A stretch of DNA of 64,000 nt from Rhynchobatus australiae (taxonomy: Eukaryota). A program made the translations under genes and the position numbers. The stretch covers positions 89,058,201-89,122,200 of the forward strand of contig JAUZTB010000098.1 in assembly GCA_034780895.1 (NCBI GenBank), read 5' to 3'. The notes below the pieces were generated by a model that was not told where the DNA came from, did no database searches, and saw nothing but the letters and a program-made list of their open reading frames with translations. Shown here in pieces: positions 38,800 to 50,478 of this stretch. Position 1 is the stretch's first letter. Every line of letters begins with the position of its first letter.

Positions 38800-38837
38800 C
38801 AGTCAACGTTTCAGGTCAGGACCCTCCTTCAGGACTG
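38800..38837 (-). ncRNA. Minimal hammerhead motif (PLE) with a core variant
   Basis: Minus strand: CAGTC-CTGAAGG-AGGGT CCTG ACCT-GAAAC-GTT-GACTG. Stem I is perfect, with an A>G change in the CUGANGA core. Confidence 0.6.
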
Positions 38838-39619
38838 AAGATAGGAAAAGGGGAAGCTGAACATACAGGAGGGAAAAGCAAAGCAGTGATAGGTGGACAA
38901 AAGAGGACAAATGAGCAGTGATAGGTGGACAGAGATTCACCTGCACCTCCCTTAATATCATCTACTGCATTCAGTGCTCCATGTGTGGCCTCCTCTATAT
39001 TGGTGAGACCAAACGCAGATGAGGTGACCATTTTGCAGAACACCTGCTCTCTGTCTGTAACCGTGACCTGCATTGCCAGTCACTTCAACTCCCCCTCCCA
39101 CACTACCACTGATATGTCAGTCCTTGGCCTCCTCCACTACCAGGAGAATTCTGAGCACTGACTGAAGGAACAGCACCTCATTTTCCGTCTTAGAACCTTG
39201 CAGCCTAACGGCATGAATATTAAATTCTCCCACTTTCAGTAATCCCCACCCCCCTTCCCCACAACCCCCACCCCCACGACACCATGTTTCTTGTCTTCTT
39301 CCCTTTCCTAGCCCCTTTTTTTCTCTTCTTTTGATCCAGCCCNNNNNNNNNNNNNNNNNNNNNNNNNNNNNNNNNNNNNNNNNNNNNNNNNNNNNNNNNN
39401 NNNNNNNNNNNNNNNNNNNNNNNNNNNNNNNNNNNNNNNNNNTAAAGAATCAAACATTGCAAGGAATGTACAAAAAATATTATGTTATTATTATTTGATT
39501 TCAGCATAACCCTATTTTCCAAGTTTAAAATTATGCACAACACAATTTGTTATGTTGACATCTGTTAAAATAATTGCATGCCCAACGAGCACCGTGGCTT
39601 TGAAAATGAAGAAAAAGCT

Positions 39620-40235
39620 GCTGAAGCTGAAAATCTAAAATAAAAACAGAAAATGCTGTAAACACTCAGTAGGTCAGATTGCAGGTGTGGAAAGAGAAGC
39701 AGAGTTAATGTTTCAGATTGTAAAGTCTTCATCATAACTTGGAAGCTGCAAAAACAAATTAGTTTTAAGTTTCAGAGAGGGTAGAGGAGGGATGGCTAGA
39801 ACAAACGGAATATTTCTAATAGAGTGAGGCAGGGTTGCCAGCAAGATAATTCCATTGTTTATGGAGCCATCTGGTTAATAGATTAATAGATTAATGAGGG
39901 TGGTTAGAGAGGGAAAAACAATAAAGAGACATATTAATGCTCTGAAGTGCTGGTGATACCCAGCAAGGCAAGCAGTGGCTATGGACAGAGAAAAGCTGTC
40001 ATGTGACAGATGGCAAGACTGGGAAGTTTTCATAAATTAAAAAAAAGTTACCTGAAATTGTAAAAGTCCTGTTCCGCATCTTATATTGAGTCATGCTGGA
40101 CAATGCAGGAGGCCATGAACTGTTGTTAGGTGGAGTAGGAGTGGGATGGAGAATTAAAGTGACAGGTGACCGAAAGCTCAGGGTTACACTTGCATACTGA
40201 ATGATAGGATTTTGCAAAGTCATCACACAATCTGC
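39620..40235 (-). mobile_element. Older, diverged Penelope-like terminal fragments
   Basis: AAAACAGAAAATGCTGTAAACACTCAGTAGGTCAG...AGAGTTAATGTTTCAG...TTCATCATAAC resembles the copy at 1272. The minus strand carries a decayed ATGATGA...GAAAC. Confidence 0.55.
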
Positions 40236-40614
40236 CAGGAGAATTCCAAGTGCAAACTGGAGGAACAGCACCTCATTTTCCACCCTGGAACTTTGCAGCC
40301 TAATGGCATGAACATTGAATTCTCCCACTTTGAGTAATCCCCACCCCCCCCCCCCCCCCAACCATGCATCTTTTCTTGCCTTTCCTAGCCTATCGGTCTT
40401 CTTTTCTACCCCTTTTTTTTCCCCTTTTTGTCCTTACCTTTGACCCATCCCCTGGTGGATCTGCTCTTCCCACCTCCTCTGCACCTGCCTATCACTATCT
40501 CTTTCCTGCATCTACCTATCACCACCTTGTGCCCACCCCACCTCCCCTCTTTTGTCGTCCTATCACTGATCTGCTTTTCCATTCTATATATTGGGCTTCC
40601 TATTGTCCTATCTT

Positions 40615-40652
40615 CAATCCTGAAGAAGGGTCCTGACCTGAAACGTTGACTA
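40615..40652 (+). ncRNA. Minimal hammerhead motif (PLE) with an intact core
   Basis: CAATC-CTGAAGA-AGGGT CCTG ACCT-GAAAC-GTT-GACTA. Both catalytic boxes are intact, the stem III region is the palindrome AACGTT, and stem I is weakened. Confidence 0.7.
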
Positions 40653-41529
40653 CCTGCTTTTCTCCACGGATGCTGCCTGGCCTGCTGAGTTCCTCCAGTA
40701 TCATCATGTTTCACCGCAGTACTAAAATCTGTTTCTTCCAGGACTTCCCAACAAAGGTTGCTGCCCGGGCTGCTTGGTCTAAGATCCCCTTCAATGCTCC
40801 AAAAGGAGACTACATGAGGAGTGACATCACGCAACAGTTGTAAAAATTGCACCAGGCTTGCAGGTATCAATCACTCCAGGATGTCCCTAGTTGAAATTCC
40901 AAAGTGATGCAAAGTATCGAGGAAATGGCCATTAGCACAGAACACTCCAGGAATAATCAATTTTCAACTGCATATCACCGAAAATAAAACCTGTTATGCA
41001 ATTGAATTTTAAGACCATTGATTGCACCCAAAAAGTAGCAGGGGTCTGGAACTCACTGCCTGAGGGGTGCTTGAGGCAGAAACCCTCATGTTTGAAAAGT
41101 ATAACTGGATGAACAATTAATGTACCAAAACCCAACCAAGATGGTAAGTTACATCAACTTCAATAGCTTTTTTGGCTGGCAGGGACACAATGGAATAAAT
41201 GACTTCCTTCTGTGCCATAATAGACACATGGGCAAATTGATCGTTTGTTGTACTGATAGTGTCTAGATTAGTACCAATAGGGAGCTACAGCCAGGGACCC
41301 ACAGGGACATTCTTTCTCAATCAGCTTAGAATGATTTCAAACTATCTTCAGGTCTGGGGGATAAAGGTTGAGTTTCAGAAAACATGGGGAAGCCAAAGAC
41401 TTCCCTGTAAGGCCTGGAAATGTTATGGCAGAGATGTAATGCAGAGACTCCTGAGAGGCTACAATAAATGTTCCCACCAGAGACATGATCCAATTTGACA
41501 AGTCAGTGCAACATGACAGGAATTCTGGG

Positions 41530-42040
41530 TCAGGGGAGGTGTCTTTCAGATAAGATGTGAAAATGAAGCTCTGTCTGTCCTTTGGCTGTAAGTAAAAGAT
41601 GCANNNNNNNNNNNNNNNNNNNNNNNNNNNNNNNNNNNNNNNNNNNNNNNNNNNNNNNNNNNNNNNNNNNNNNNNNNNNNNNNNNNNNNNNNNNNNNNNN
41701 NNNGTTTGTCCTGAGGAAGTATCCTGACTCCAGTCTTGTATCAGCGTGCTGCATTTGGGTTCTCTGAGTTTGCTCTCGATTAACATTGTGACAATGATGC
41801 TATTTTAGGTAGAAAAGGGGAGTTCTTTTCACATCCTGGACAATGTTGACTGAGCAACCAATATCACAAACAGTAAGATTATTTGGTTATTTATGCCACT
41901 TATTTATTGGACCTTGCGATGCACAAATTCTGTCTCATGGCTCACTGATTACAATTGTATGTGTACCTGTAAAATACTTCATTGATCATGAAGCAATGGT
42001 TTATGAACTAAACTTATTAAGGCTTGTTGTAACAATGTAA
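41530..42040 (+). mobile_element. Deu-domain SINE remnant (split by gap)
   Basis: GGAGGTGTCTTTCAGATAAGATGTGAAA...CTGTCTG, then AAGGGGAGTTCT...TCCTGGACAAT...CAACCAATATCACAAAC...GATTATTTGGT. Confidence 0.55.
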
Positions 42041-44914
42041 GTTTGGTTTTACTTTCCTGAGCCTGGAGAATGTTTCCATATGTGCTCACAGAGAAAGCTG
42101 AACAGAGCTTTCGTGAAATTGGAAATATCTTCTGAACAGGATCCAAGCTCCTTGCTCAATAATAACCCAAACCTGCAAACCTTTAACATCTAATCTCTTT
42201 AGCAGGTCAATGGCACAATATTTCATGAAAAGGCTTTTAAACAAATTGCCCACTGAAACAGATGCACAAATATGAGGAGCCTAATTGATAAAGCAGCTTT
42301 TCCTAGTCATTGAATATGAAACAAAAACAAAGGAATTGGCTTTGGAATTTGAACTGACTTTCAGCATTCCCCCAGTTTAAAAAAAAATCAGGACAAGTAC
42401 ATTTCTTGGTTAGGAAATTTTGTCAGAACTGGTTCTCTAATACATCACTTAATAAATTGATCCTTCCAAATCTCCATAGTTTTTGGCCCTGCCTGTATTC
42501 TGTCCATCAATCCCTAGAAAAGAATTACAGTAAAGGCTAGTGACAGAGGTGCCCTGGGTTTCCTCATTCTATGCTTGCAATATATTGGAAGCAGGTTAGA
42601 ATGAGAAACATAAGGCAGAGCTGACAGTCAATTGCTAGGGGTAAATATGAAGATTGCTGAAAACTTATGAAATAGTTACGCTAGTCAAGAATGATCTCTT
42701 AGAGCATTTCAATCTGTACAGGTTATAGACTTGGATCTGACTGCATGTGTGAGACCCTTGGAGATTTTTGTCACCTCCTCCACAGTGTCAGGATTTAAAT
42801 ATGACATTTCCTTGGGCAAGATGTCACCTTTCATTGTCAGGGAACAACAGCAGGGATGCAACAAAGGAGGATTTGAAGGGATGTAACCTACCAGATTATT
42901 ACCCTCTCAAGCATACTGAGCAACAGAGGTCCCAATATTAACTCGGGGATAAGAATGAATTCTCACACTGAGGTTCACTGAGTAGGCAAAGAGAAAATGA
43001 GAGCCTGGAGCTATGGTCATTTCCCTAAACAGTTTGATCTGTAATTATGTTGGGTCAGTTTCATTTCAGGCAATCATGATATTCTATGCTGATTGGCCTA
43101 CTCTTTAGGATCAGAAATTGTCCAGTCTGGTAATACAGTGAGGCAGCAGTAAGATAGGCCAATCCTGTTTTTACAGGGTTCCAAGATCCAGAAGAATAAT
43201 TCTGTGGTGTGAGCTCCAATAGGAAGCCCCACAATGGAAGGTCTCCCACCTGCTGAATGTAGGGCCTGTATGTGACCTTATCCAAAGGATCCTCCATATG
43301 AGTGGCAGATTTTCTGGAATCTTTGCACTGCATTCATCCTTTAGAATTCAGCTCTCTGAACATTTCCTTCAAGGAAAACATGCTAATCAGTATGTTGTGG
43401 TGACAAGGAATAACTGACTTTCCCATGGAAAACTTACTAAACAGCATTCATCTACTAGAGAAATTATAGACAGCTCCATTATGGTCAAAAGAAAAGTTCC
43501 TTTTGCCTGGACAGGTTGAATGAGCCCAACAAGATTGTCCTTGTCTTGTGGCCAGCATGGTTGTGGTCCAGTATCACATGCATAATTTCCTTACTGGAAA
43601 AGATCTGGATGTCTATTGTTCTGGAGATGTAGACAACATGATAGCTATCTCTGAGAGCTCCTCAATGGTTGCTACAAGGATTGTTATAAGATTTGGGATA
43701 TGAACTGTAAGTGTGGCGATTGCAGACTACACAGATGGCAACTGACAGCTGGAGGAAATTATGTGAAGGTATGGCCTTGCTAAAGGAAATGTTTTTAATA
43801 TTCTGCAAACAAGTACATGCTGTTGGGGAATGTAACAACACATATGAATTACCATCCTCTAATTATTGTGGGATGTTAGAGTTAAGTGGTACAGCTCCTA
43901 ACAGAGCTTGAAGAGAGCTGAGATGGAAATCTAATGCAGTGAACTGATTGTATCATGAATATTGTGTACTGTTTCTAAGCAAGATAACTAGTTTTTCACC
44001 CACTGCCCATCAGTTTAAGGATATAATCAATTTCTGGATGATAATGCTGCAAGCTATAGTAGCCTATCTACTAAATTACTGAGATTTTTCTTCCATAGTA
44101 TGTATTAACCTACCCACAGACAAATCTCATAGTTGCATGAAGAATTTTCCATTTCTCAGTCGGATGATTGTTTGTCACAATACTTTTGAATTTGTTGCAT
44201 TGATCATTTACTACTTCTCCTAATCTGCTGTCACCTGCAAAGTTGGATTTTTTGGTTGGAGTTATCTGAATTATATGTTAAAGGATTTAGATTTCACTGA
44301 AGTTCAACAGGATGAAAAGTCATCATATGTTATTGGTTGAAACATCTATTTGTACCTCCTTGATAAATTGAATGTCTGAATCGATTCTTTTCAAAACAAC
44401 TGGAATAGATTACTGCTCACCATGCACCAGTATAACTGCTTACTCTTCATGAAGTACTACTGAAGGCAATACAATTTTGGGCATGTGTATTGATACATGT
44501 CCAATATCAACACTGTAGAATGTATTTGTAATATGATAGTCATAGTGCAAGTTATATCTCTAAACTTCTAGAATAGACTTGCATATCTCAAAACCCCGGG
44601 GGGGGGGGGTGGTCTTTGACACAGATCTAGCTGACTGATGAACTGAAACTGCAAAGCAAAAGTACTTTGTACCTGTCCAGCCTGAACAACAGATGAATTT
44701 AGTGTAATGAATAGCCCATTAATTCAGCCCAGTTCTACTCGAGTGCCATCCTATTTCTTGGCAGGACCTCTGTGAAAATAGGGTTCAAATGCCTGCATCT
44801 GACAAAGTATCAGAAAGAATCACAGCTTAAAGATTCTCAGATCTCAAATTCAGGCAGAGTCTGTATCTTCAGGTTTTATTGCTTGATCCCTTCAAGCTCT
44901 GATGTGAGGTACTT

Positions 44915-45290
44915 GAAGCCACTAATGGGTACTGTAATTTAGTAGTGATGTTACTAGTGCTGTTACCAGATTCATAATTTGGGAACATGAGTTCAAATGC
45001 CTCCATGGGAGGTAGGATATTTAAATTCAGTTTGCTACTTAAATAAATCTGTAATTTTAAAAAGTTACGACCAGTAATAGTGACCATGAAACTACTGGAT
45101 CATTTTAAATGCCTCTGGGGTTTGATTATAGAAATCAGCTGACCTCAGCGGGCCTGACATACCAGTGCCTCCCTTTTCAATGCCATCTGAAATGGCTGAG
45201 CAAATCATTGTGAGTTGTTCAAAAAAGATCTCACCACCACATTCTCAGTTCAAGTTGGGGTCCACCATAAATGCTGACCTTATCAGCAAC
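44915..45290 (+). mobile_element. Old tRNA-headed SINE with LINE-derived tail
   Basis: CATGAGTTCAAATGCC, GTGACCATGAAACTACTGGAT, and a TCACCACCACATTCTCA...ATAAATGCTGACCTT tail. Confidence 0.55.
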
Positions 45291-45689
45291 AGAATAAGAC
45301 CAGCTCCTATAATTGATAAAGAAAATGAGGCCATAGAACCAAACTTACTATGACTTGAAGGGTATGCTGTTCCTGTATACTTTTCCTAAATCTCTGCCAG
45401 AAAAATCACTCCCCTTATGATGTTATGCTCAAGTTATGAACCTGAACAGATAGCATTTATCCAAAACAAGTTAAAAGCTGGGGAGGAGTGTTCGGGGGTA
45501 AATTGGCAGGGCTAAATTGCTGACATTGTACTATTAGGCAATGTCCTGTGGCAATGCATGTGGAAATTTGGATGCCCACCCTCTTAGAATAATAAAGAAA
45601 ACTTGAAAAGCAACTGCTTACATATCTGATTTGTGGCCTCCAATAAGAAAATAAAACATTAAGAAATAAGAGCAAAGGTACATTAAAAA

Positions 45690-46035
45690 TAAAATCTTGT
45701 TTGATGCATCAAAGTGGATAACTTCACATTTTTTCACTTAATATTGCATCTGCTATGTTCTTGATCACTCACTCAACTGATCTAAACCAACTTGAAGTCT
45801 CATTNNNNNNNNNNNNNNNNNNNNNNNNNNNNNNNNNNNNNNNNNNNNNNNNNNNNNNNNNNNNNNNNNNNNNNNNNNNNNNNNNNNNNNNNNNNNNNNN
45901 NNNNTGATCTAAACCAACTTGAAGTCTCATTACATCCTCCTCCCAACTTACAATCCCATCTAGTTTTGTATCATCAGCAAATTTGACAAATCATTGATAT
46001 AGCTGGTGCCCAAGCACTGATCCCTATAGTACCCC
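45690..46035 (-). mobile_element. Decayed CR1 RT fragment
   Basis: TATCATCAGCAAATTT (reverse of KFADD), CCCAAGCACTGATCCCT (reverse of GSVLG) and AAAGTGGATAACTTCACATTT. Confidence 0.65.
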
Positions 46036-46079
46036 TGCATAGGTGAAGCTTGGTTCCAGCAATAAGCCAGAAAATATGA

Positions 46080-47380
46080 CACAGACAAATTGTATCATAA
46101 TTATTTTATTGGCACACGATGATTCAAACAATCCTTTGATGCAAATCCAAGGAGGATTGATGGAATGCCTGTTGGATCATGTAAAATTAGCTTCCTTGAA
46201 GAATTTATAGGAAAGATTGAGGATTGATTCCAGATTGTAGAGCTGTTTTTTCCTTTAGGGGTCAGTGGAAATTCAAATCCAGGAACACCTTACATGTATG
46301 GTTAATTAGCTCCTCAACCTCTTGGTTAATATCATCAAACAGTTTTGTTCTTCTTGGTTGAGAAGCCAAGAGACCCTTCACTGGACCTAACCATAGCATG
46401 TTTCAGGGCAGCCCATAAAGTGTGAATAAAGTGTAAAGTGTGGTCCTGTAAACTAGGAGGTGACAGGTTGTCTATGAGATGCCGTGTGAGAAGATCGAGC
46501 CATGTGGATCCTTGAAAGTTTCAACTGATCTTCGTGCAACAGCAGTTCTATTGTTGTTCTGGTTAAGGGTCTTCAACCTGAAACATTAACTGTTCCTCCT
46601 TCCACAGATGCTGCCTGACCTGCTAGTGTTTCTGCATTTTCAGTGTTTATTTCAGATTTTTGTATCTGAAGTTTATTTTAGTATTTTCATCTTCTGTTGT
46701 TTTCCTGATGTTTTGGGGCCAGATTGGTGGAGATAATTGAAGGGATAAGGTGATGATCTATCCAGTCATCCTCAGTTCATGTCATGGTATGGGTGATCTG
46801 AATACCTATGCAGTCCCTTACTCAGACAATTGTATAATCTAACAGGTGCCAGTATTTGGACAAGGTGATGGGGGTGGGGGAGAGGTGGAGTGGGTGGTGA
46901 TGGTGTGGCCATGACTCTTTGTGCTTGTCCCTCTAGAAAAACAGGGTGTTTGTTATGAAAAAGCCATGCTTCAGCATTTTGTCAAGATATGAACCTTGTT
47001 GGGTTTAGCCTTTCTTTCTGATCACCCTTTGCTGGAGGGCTGTGTCCCTTCCAAACCTGATTTTGAAGTTGCCCAGCAGAATAAGTTTGTCTCCTTTTGA
47101 GACGCAGACCAGAATTTTGTNNNNNNNNNNNNNNNNNNNNNNNNNNNNNNNNNNTGATGCTTACAGGGTTGGGACTGATGACGATTGCATGTTCATAAGG
47201 CATCATGACAGGGTCATAAGGAGTTCACTAATTCCATCAATGTCGGACCAGCCCATTCTTGACAGAAAAGCTCACCCTGTGAAGTTGGTGCTCTTTTGCT
47301 GGTTTGTTCCTCCATGAAAAAGAGTCCCTACCCCCTTGTTCTTTGAATTCTCCTTCTCCTGTCTGACATGTCTCTCTCGG
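46080..47380 (-). mobile_element. Decayed RTE-clade LINE (APE endonuclease to linker), with a PLE terminus inserted at about 46550-46680
   Basis: The minus strand at 47255-47378 reads ETCQTGEGEFKEQGGRDSFSWRNKP.KEHQLHRVSFSVKN, like the RTE ETRL.GEGQL.E.G.YTFFW.GK...HGVGFAIKN motif. Confidence 0.6.
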
Positions 47381-47804
47381 AGAGGAGGAGGCAAAGCTGA
47401 ACAAAAAAGGGGGTGGGAGAGTGATGGAGAGAAAGGCAAAGAGGGGAGAAAGGAAACAGAAGCAGATTGTGTAAGTGAGAGAGCATATTTACCATAATGA
47501 AAGATGTTAGCAGTGAATGGAGGTAAGGTGTAGATGCAATGAAAAAGCTTTGATCAATTCTGTGAGATCATGATAGTTATTATGACACTGCTTTGCAGTG
47601 CTAGGACTGTTGCTTTAGCAGAGAACAGCTCAATATCTCCAGGTAATGGTGGAGGCCTACAAAGCATTCCTGCAGATAATACAGTTGACTAACCTCTCAA
47701 TGCCTTTCTTAGCATTATTCTTGCCTTTGGGAAGAACTGATGCAGGAAGGTTGAAGTAAACAGCACTCTCTGGTAATTGTATCATGCTAATGATGTTTTG
47801 GGTC

Positions 47805-47831
47805 TGTGTGTGTGTGTACGTGTGTGTGTGT
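47805..47831. repeat. Interrupted (TG)n microsatellite
   Basis: TGTGTGTGTGTGTACGTGTGTGTGTGT. Confidence 0.85.
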
Positions 47832-48239
47832 ACTTTAAGGGTTCAGTAACATGGCTAAGTGGTGGCAGCTACAAGGAATTTACTTGGAGCTTTTCAGAAA
47901 AGCCCATTCTTTCTGAATTATTGTGGCATTAAATAAGGAAGCCTGACAACATTAATTTTTACACAGCACTATGGAATAACACAATGTTTTCAGACTATTC
48001 AAAAATGCTAGTATTGGGCGGTTATCATGAAGCAAAATTGAAAATTTCCAAATATCAACCTGATCTTCATCATCAAAATGGATTACAGAAAGTATTATTA
48101 TAACATGAAATGGCTTTTAGAGAATAAAACAGCTGGAATAATAGTCTTAGATTTAACAACAAAATGAAGTGCCAAAAAGCACCATTTCCTTACAGAAAAG
48201 TCGGGTATGTTTGGATGGTAAGAACAGCTTCCAAAAGGC

Positions 48240-48305
48240 TGGAACAGGTCTGCACAACATTGTGGGCTGAAGGGCCTGTATTGTGCTCTACTGGTCTATG
48301 TTCTA
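48240..48305 (+). mobile_element. CR1 3' tail
   Basis: GCACAACATTGTGGGCTGAAGGGCCTGTATTGTGCTCTACTGGTCTATGTTCTA. Confidence 0.75.
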
Positions 48306-49273
48306 GATCGGAGAACTTTTGTACACAAAACCGTGTTGAATTAGTCTGAGAACTATTTCATCAAGGCGTTAACAGGAATGTGCATTTAAAGCCTTGGGGT
48401 TTAAAAGCAAGGTTGAAATTTTACAGGAGGTCTTTCAATAGAATTGTTTTTAAAAAAAATGAAGTTCTGACTAAGATAAGGCCTGCCTAAGGCCAAATGA
48501 AAACAAAGCAGAAGGAACTGTAGGGAGCTGTTTTTGCCATGTCATAACTACAACTTTCCTGTTTAATTATTGATTTACATCAGAGGCCAAGTTATTAAAG
48601 CTAAAGCCCTAATTATATGCTTGCTCATTGCTTAATGTACTCACCTTTAAAAAGTTCCTTTCATAAAGTTTAATGTCATAAAACTGTCCTTTCAATATTT
48701 GGCAGCTTTTATGTATCAACTTGTTAGCTGTACCTAATTAAGGATTTACTTTATTCCAATCCATATGCCACTATTCTGTGTGATAATACTCTACACTGCT
48801 AAGCTTGAAGAGATCGCTGTGAATCTGTGCTAAATCTAATAAGTAAATTACTGCCAATATAGTTCATTGCTACCCACAAGCCATTGCTCCTTTGAGGGCA
48901 CAGCTTTGAAAATCCATTGCTCTCATGTTATAAACCAATAGGCATGCATTCTACAAATGAGACTTTGAGAGAGAATTCTGTAAAATTCTCAGTCACTGCA
49001 ATTGATGAGAAATGTTTCAAACACTGTTTAAAAGCGCTGAACGTTTTGAATGTTTAGTAAGCTAATGTAAGTGGGCTGTAGGAATATGAGCAGAGATGTT
49101 GGTTCTGTTGTAGGGGTAAGAATAGAGAGGATTAATAACTAGTAGAATAGGATGTAGCTTGTGCTGGTGTAACAGGGAACCACTGATAATGTTCGACAAT
49201 AGAGGGATGGGATGCAGCTATATCTGCACCAATGTACAATAGCTTGATGATTTCTTGATATCGCAACTATTAT

Positions 49274-49580
49274 TGTGGCCGAAACTTAGAATTGCTGTTA
49301 ACTAAGTTAGACTTACAATAATTAAGTGTTTTGTAACCAAACGCTAGTTTTACTGTTAATTAAATCTTCTAGGTAATGACGTAATCAGAAAATGTAACAA
49401 TCAAAACTTAGTTAACGAAGTTCTCTGTGTAATCACATATGTGGAGAAGTGTATAAGGCAGTCTTGAAATAGTGTTCAGGTAGATCAGCTTTGTCAGGCC
49501 TCCTGGTGNNNNNNNAGTTTCAATAAATTACCTGTTGTTTGGACACCAACTCCATGTTGCCTTTCTCGCTTGCTCATACA
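49274..49580 (+). mobile_element. Possible solo LTR
   Basis: A ~300 bp segment bounded by TG...CA, with GTATAAG followed by AATAAA in LTR order. No TSD was seen. Confidence 0.35.
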
Positions 49581-50239
49581 GCACCATCATACAAAGGCAA
49601 AGTAATTGTCTTATTTCTCTGAGTGCAAAATTACCATATAGTTGAACAAATGGTTGAGTTTCACTTTAACCAGTTCAGTGAAGCAAAGGAGCATTGACCT
49701 AGCCACAGGATGGTGCTATACATATTGTTCAAGTGCTAAATGGATGCTCACTGATTACATGCTAGAAAGTGCCATCTGCCATCTTGGCAAAGGTAGGAGA
49801 GGAGGTATCCAACAGTCTCCTTCAATCTTTTCCATATACCAATCATGGAAACAAGGGCTGAAAGCCTGCTTAAATGCAATCACTGCCAGATTCAGAAAAA
49901 TGTGGTTGGACCAGCAGCACCTAAAGAAATCACTGCAGGTTGCCACCAAATGGCAAGTTTAAAAGGAAGTTAGTTGGATGAAAGAGTGGTGAATATTGGG
50001 GGTCAACGAATTGTGAAGATTTGGAACTCACTTCCCAAAAGGGTGGTGGTAACAGAGACTCTTTCTATACTTAAAAGCTACCTGGATAACCACTTGAAGA
50101 GCCTTATGTTACAAGGGATTAACCCACAGTCCATTTTTGGCCACAATGTATAGAACATAAGTGCAAGAAAATCATGACAAGACTCTCTAAAACATTACTT
50201 TGGCCTCAGTGTTGTGACAAGTTCTGAGTACCATGCTTT

Positions 50240-50478
50240 TAGAGAGGGATTTACCAAAATAATTCCTGAGATGAGGGATTTCAGATACATGGATAAATGG
50301 AGAAGCTGGAGTTGTTCTCCTTCAGAAAAAGAAGTGAGGAGATCAGTCAGAGGTCTTTAAAATCATGAAGGGTACAAACAGAGTCCATAGAGGAAAGCTG
50401 TTTCCATTCACAGAGGAGTCATGAAATTAAGGGACATGGCATAAAGGTGATTGGCAAAAGAACCATTAGTGACATTCA
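50240..50478 (+). mobile_element. Old CR1 fragment, left part (right part at about 53500-53720)
   Basis: GATTTACCAAAATAATTCCTGAGATGAGGG...AAGGTGATTGGCAAAAGAACC. The logical continuation AGGAAAAAAAGTTAGGATCTGGAATGCACTG is at 53503. Confidence 0.65.

Larger units (their letters stand above)
38707..40716. mobile_element. Composite Penelope-like insertion: inverted terminus, GIY-YIG fragment, intervening DNA, second GIY-YIG tail and terminus
   Basis: 38707-38930 is the reverse complement of about 40540-40716. GIY-YIG remnants lie at 38932-39243 (IIYCIQCS.CGLLYIGETKR) and 40245-40337 (KLEEQHLIF..GTLQPNGMNIEFSHF). The 10-bp direct repeat CAGTACTAAA flanks it at 38697-38706 and 40717-40726. Confidence 0.75.

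Noticed and set aside
45778-45931. Direct repeat TGATCTAAACCAACTTGAAGTCTCATT on both sides of a 100-N gap
   Set aside because: Overlapping contig ends (scaffolding artefact), not a TSD or biological duplication.
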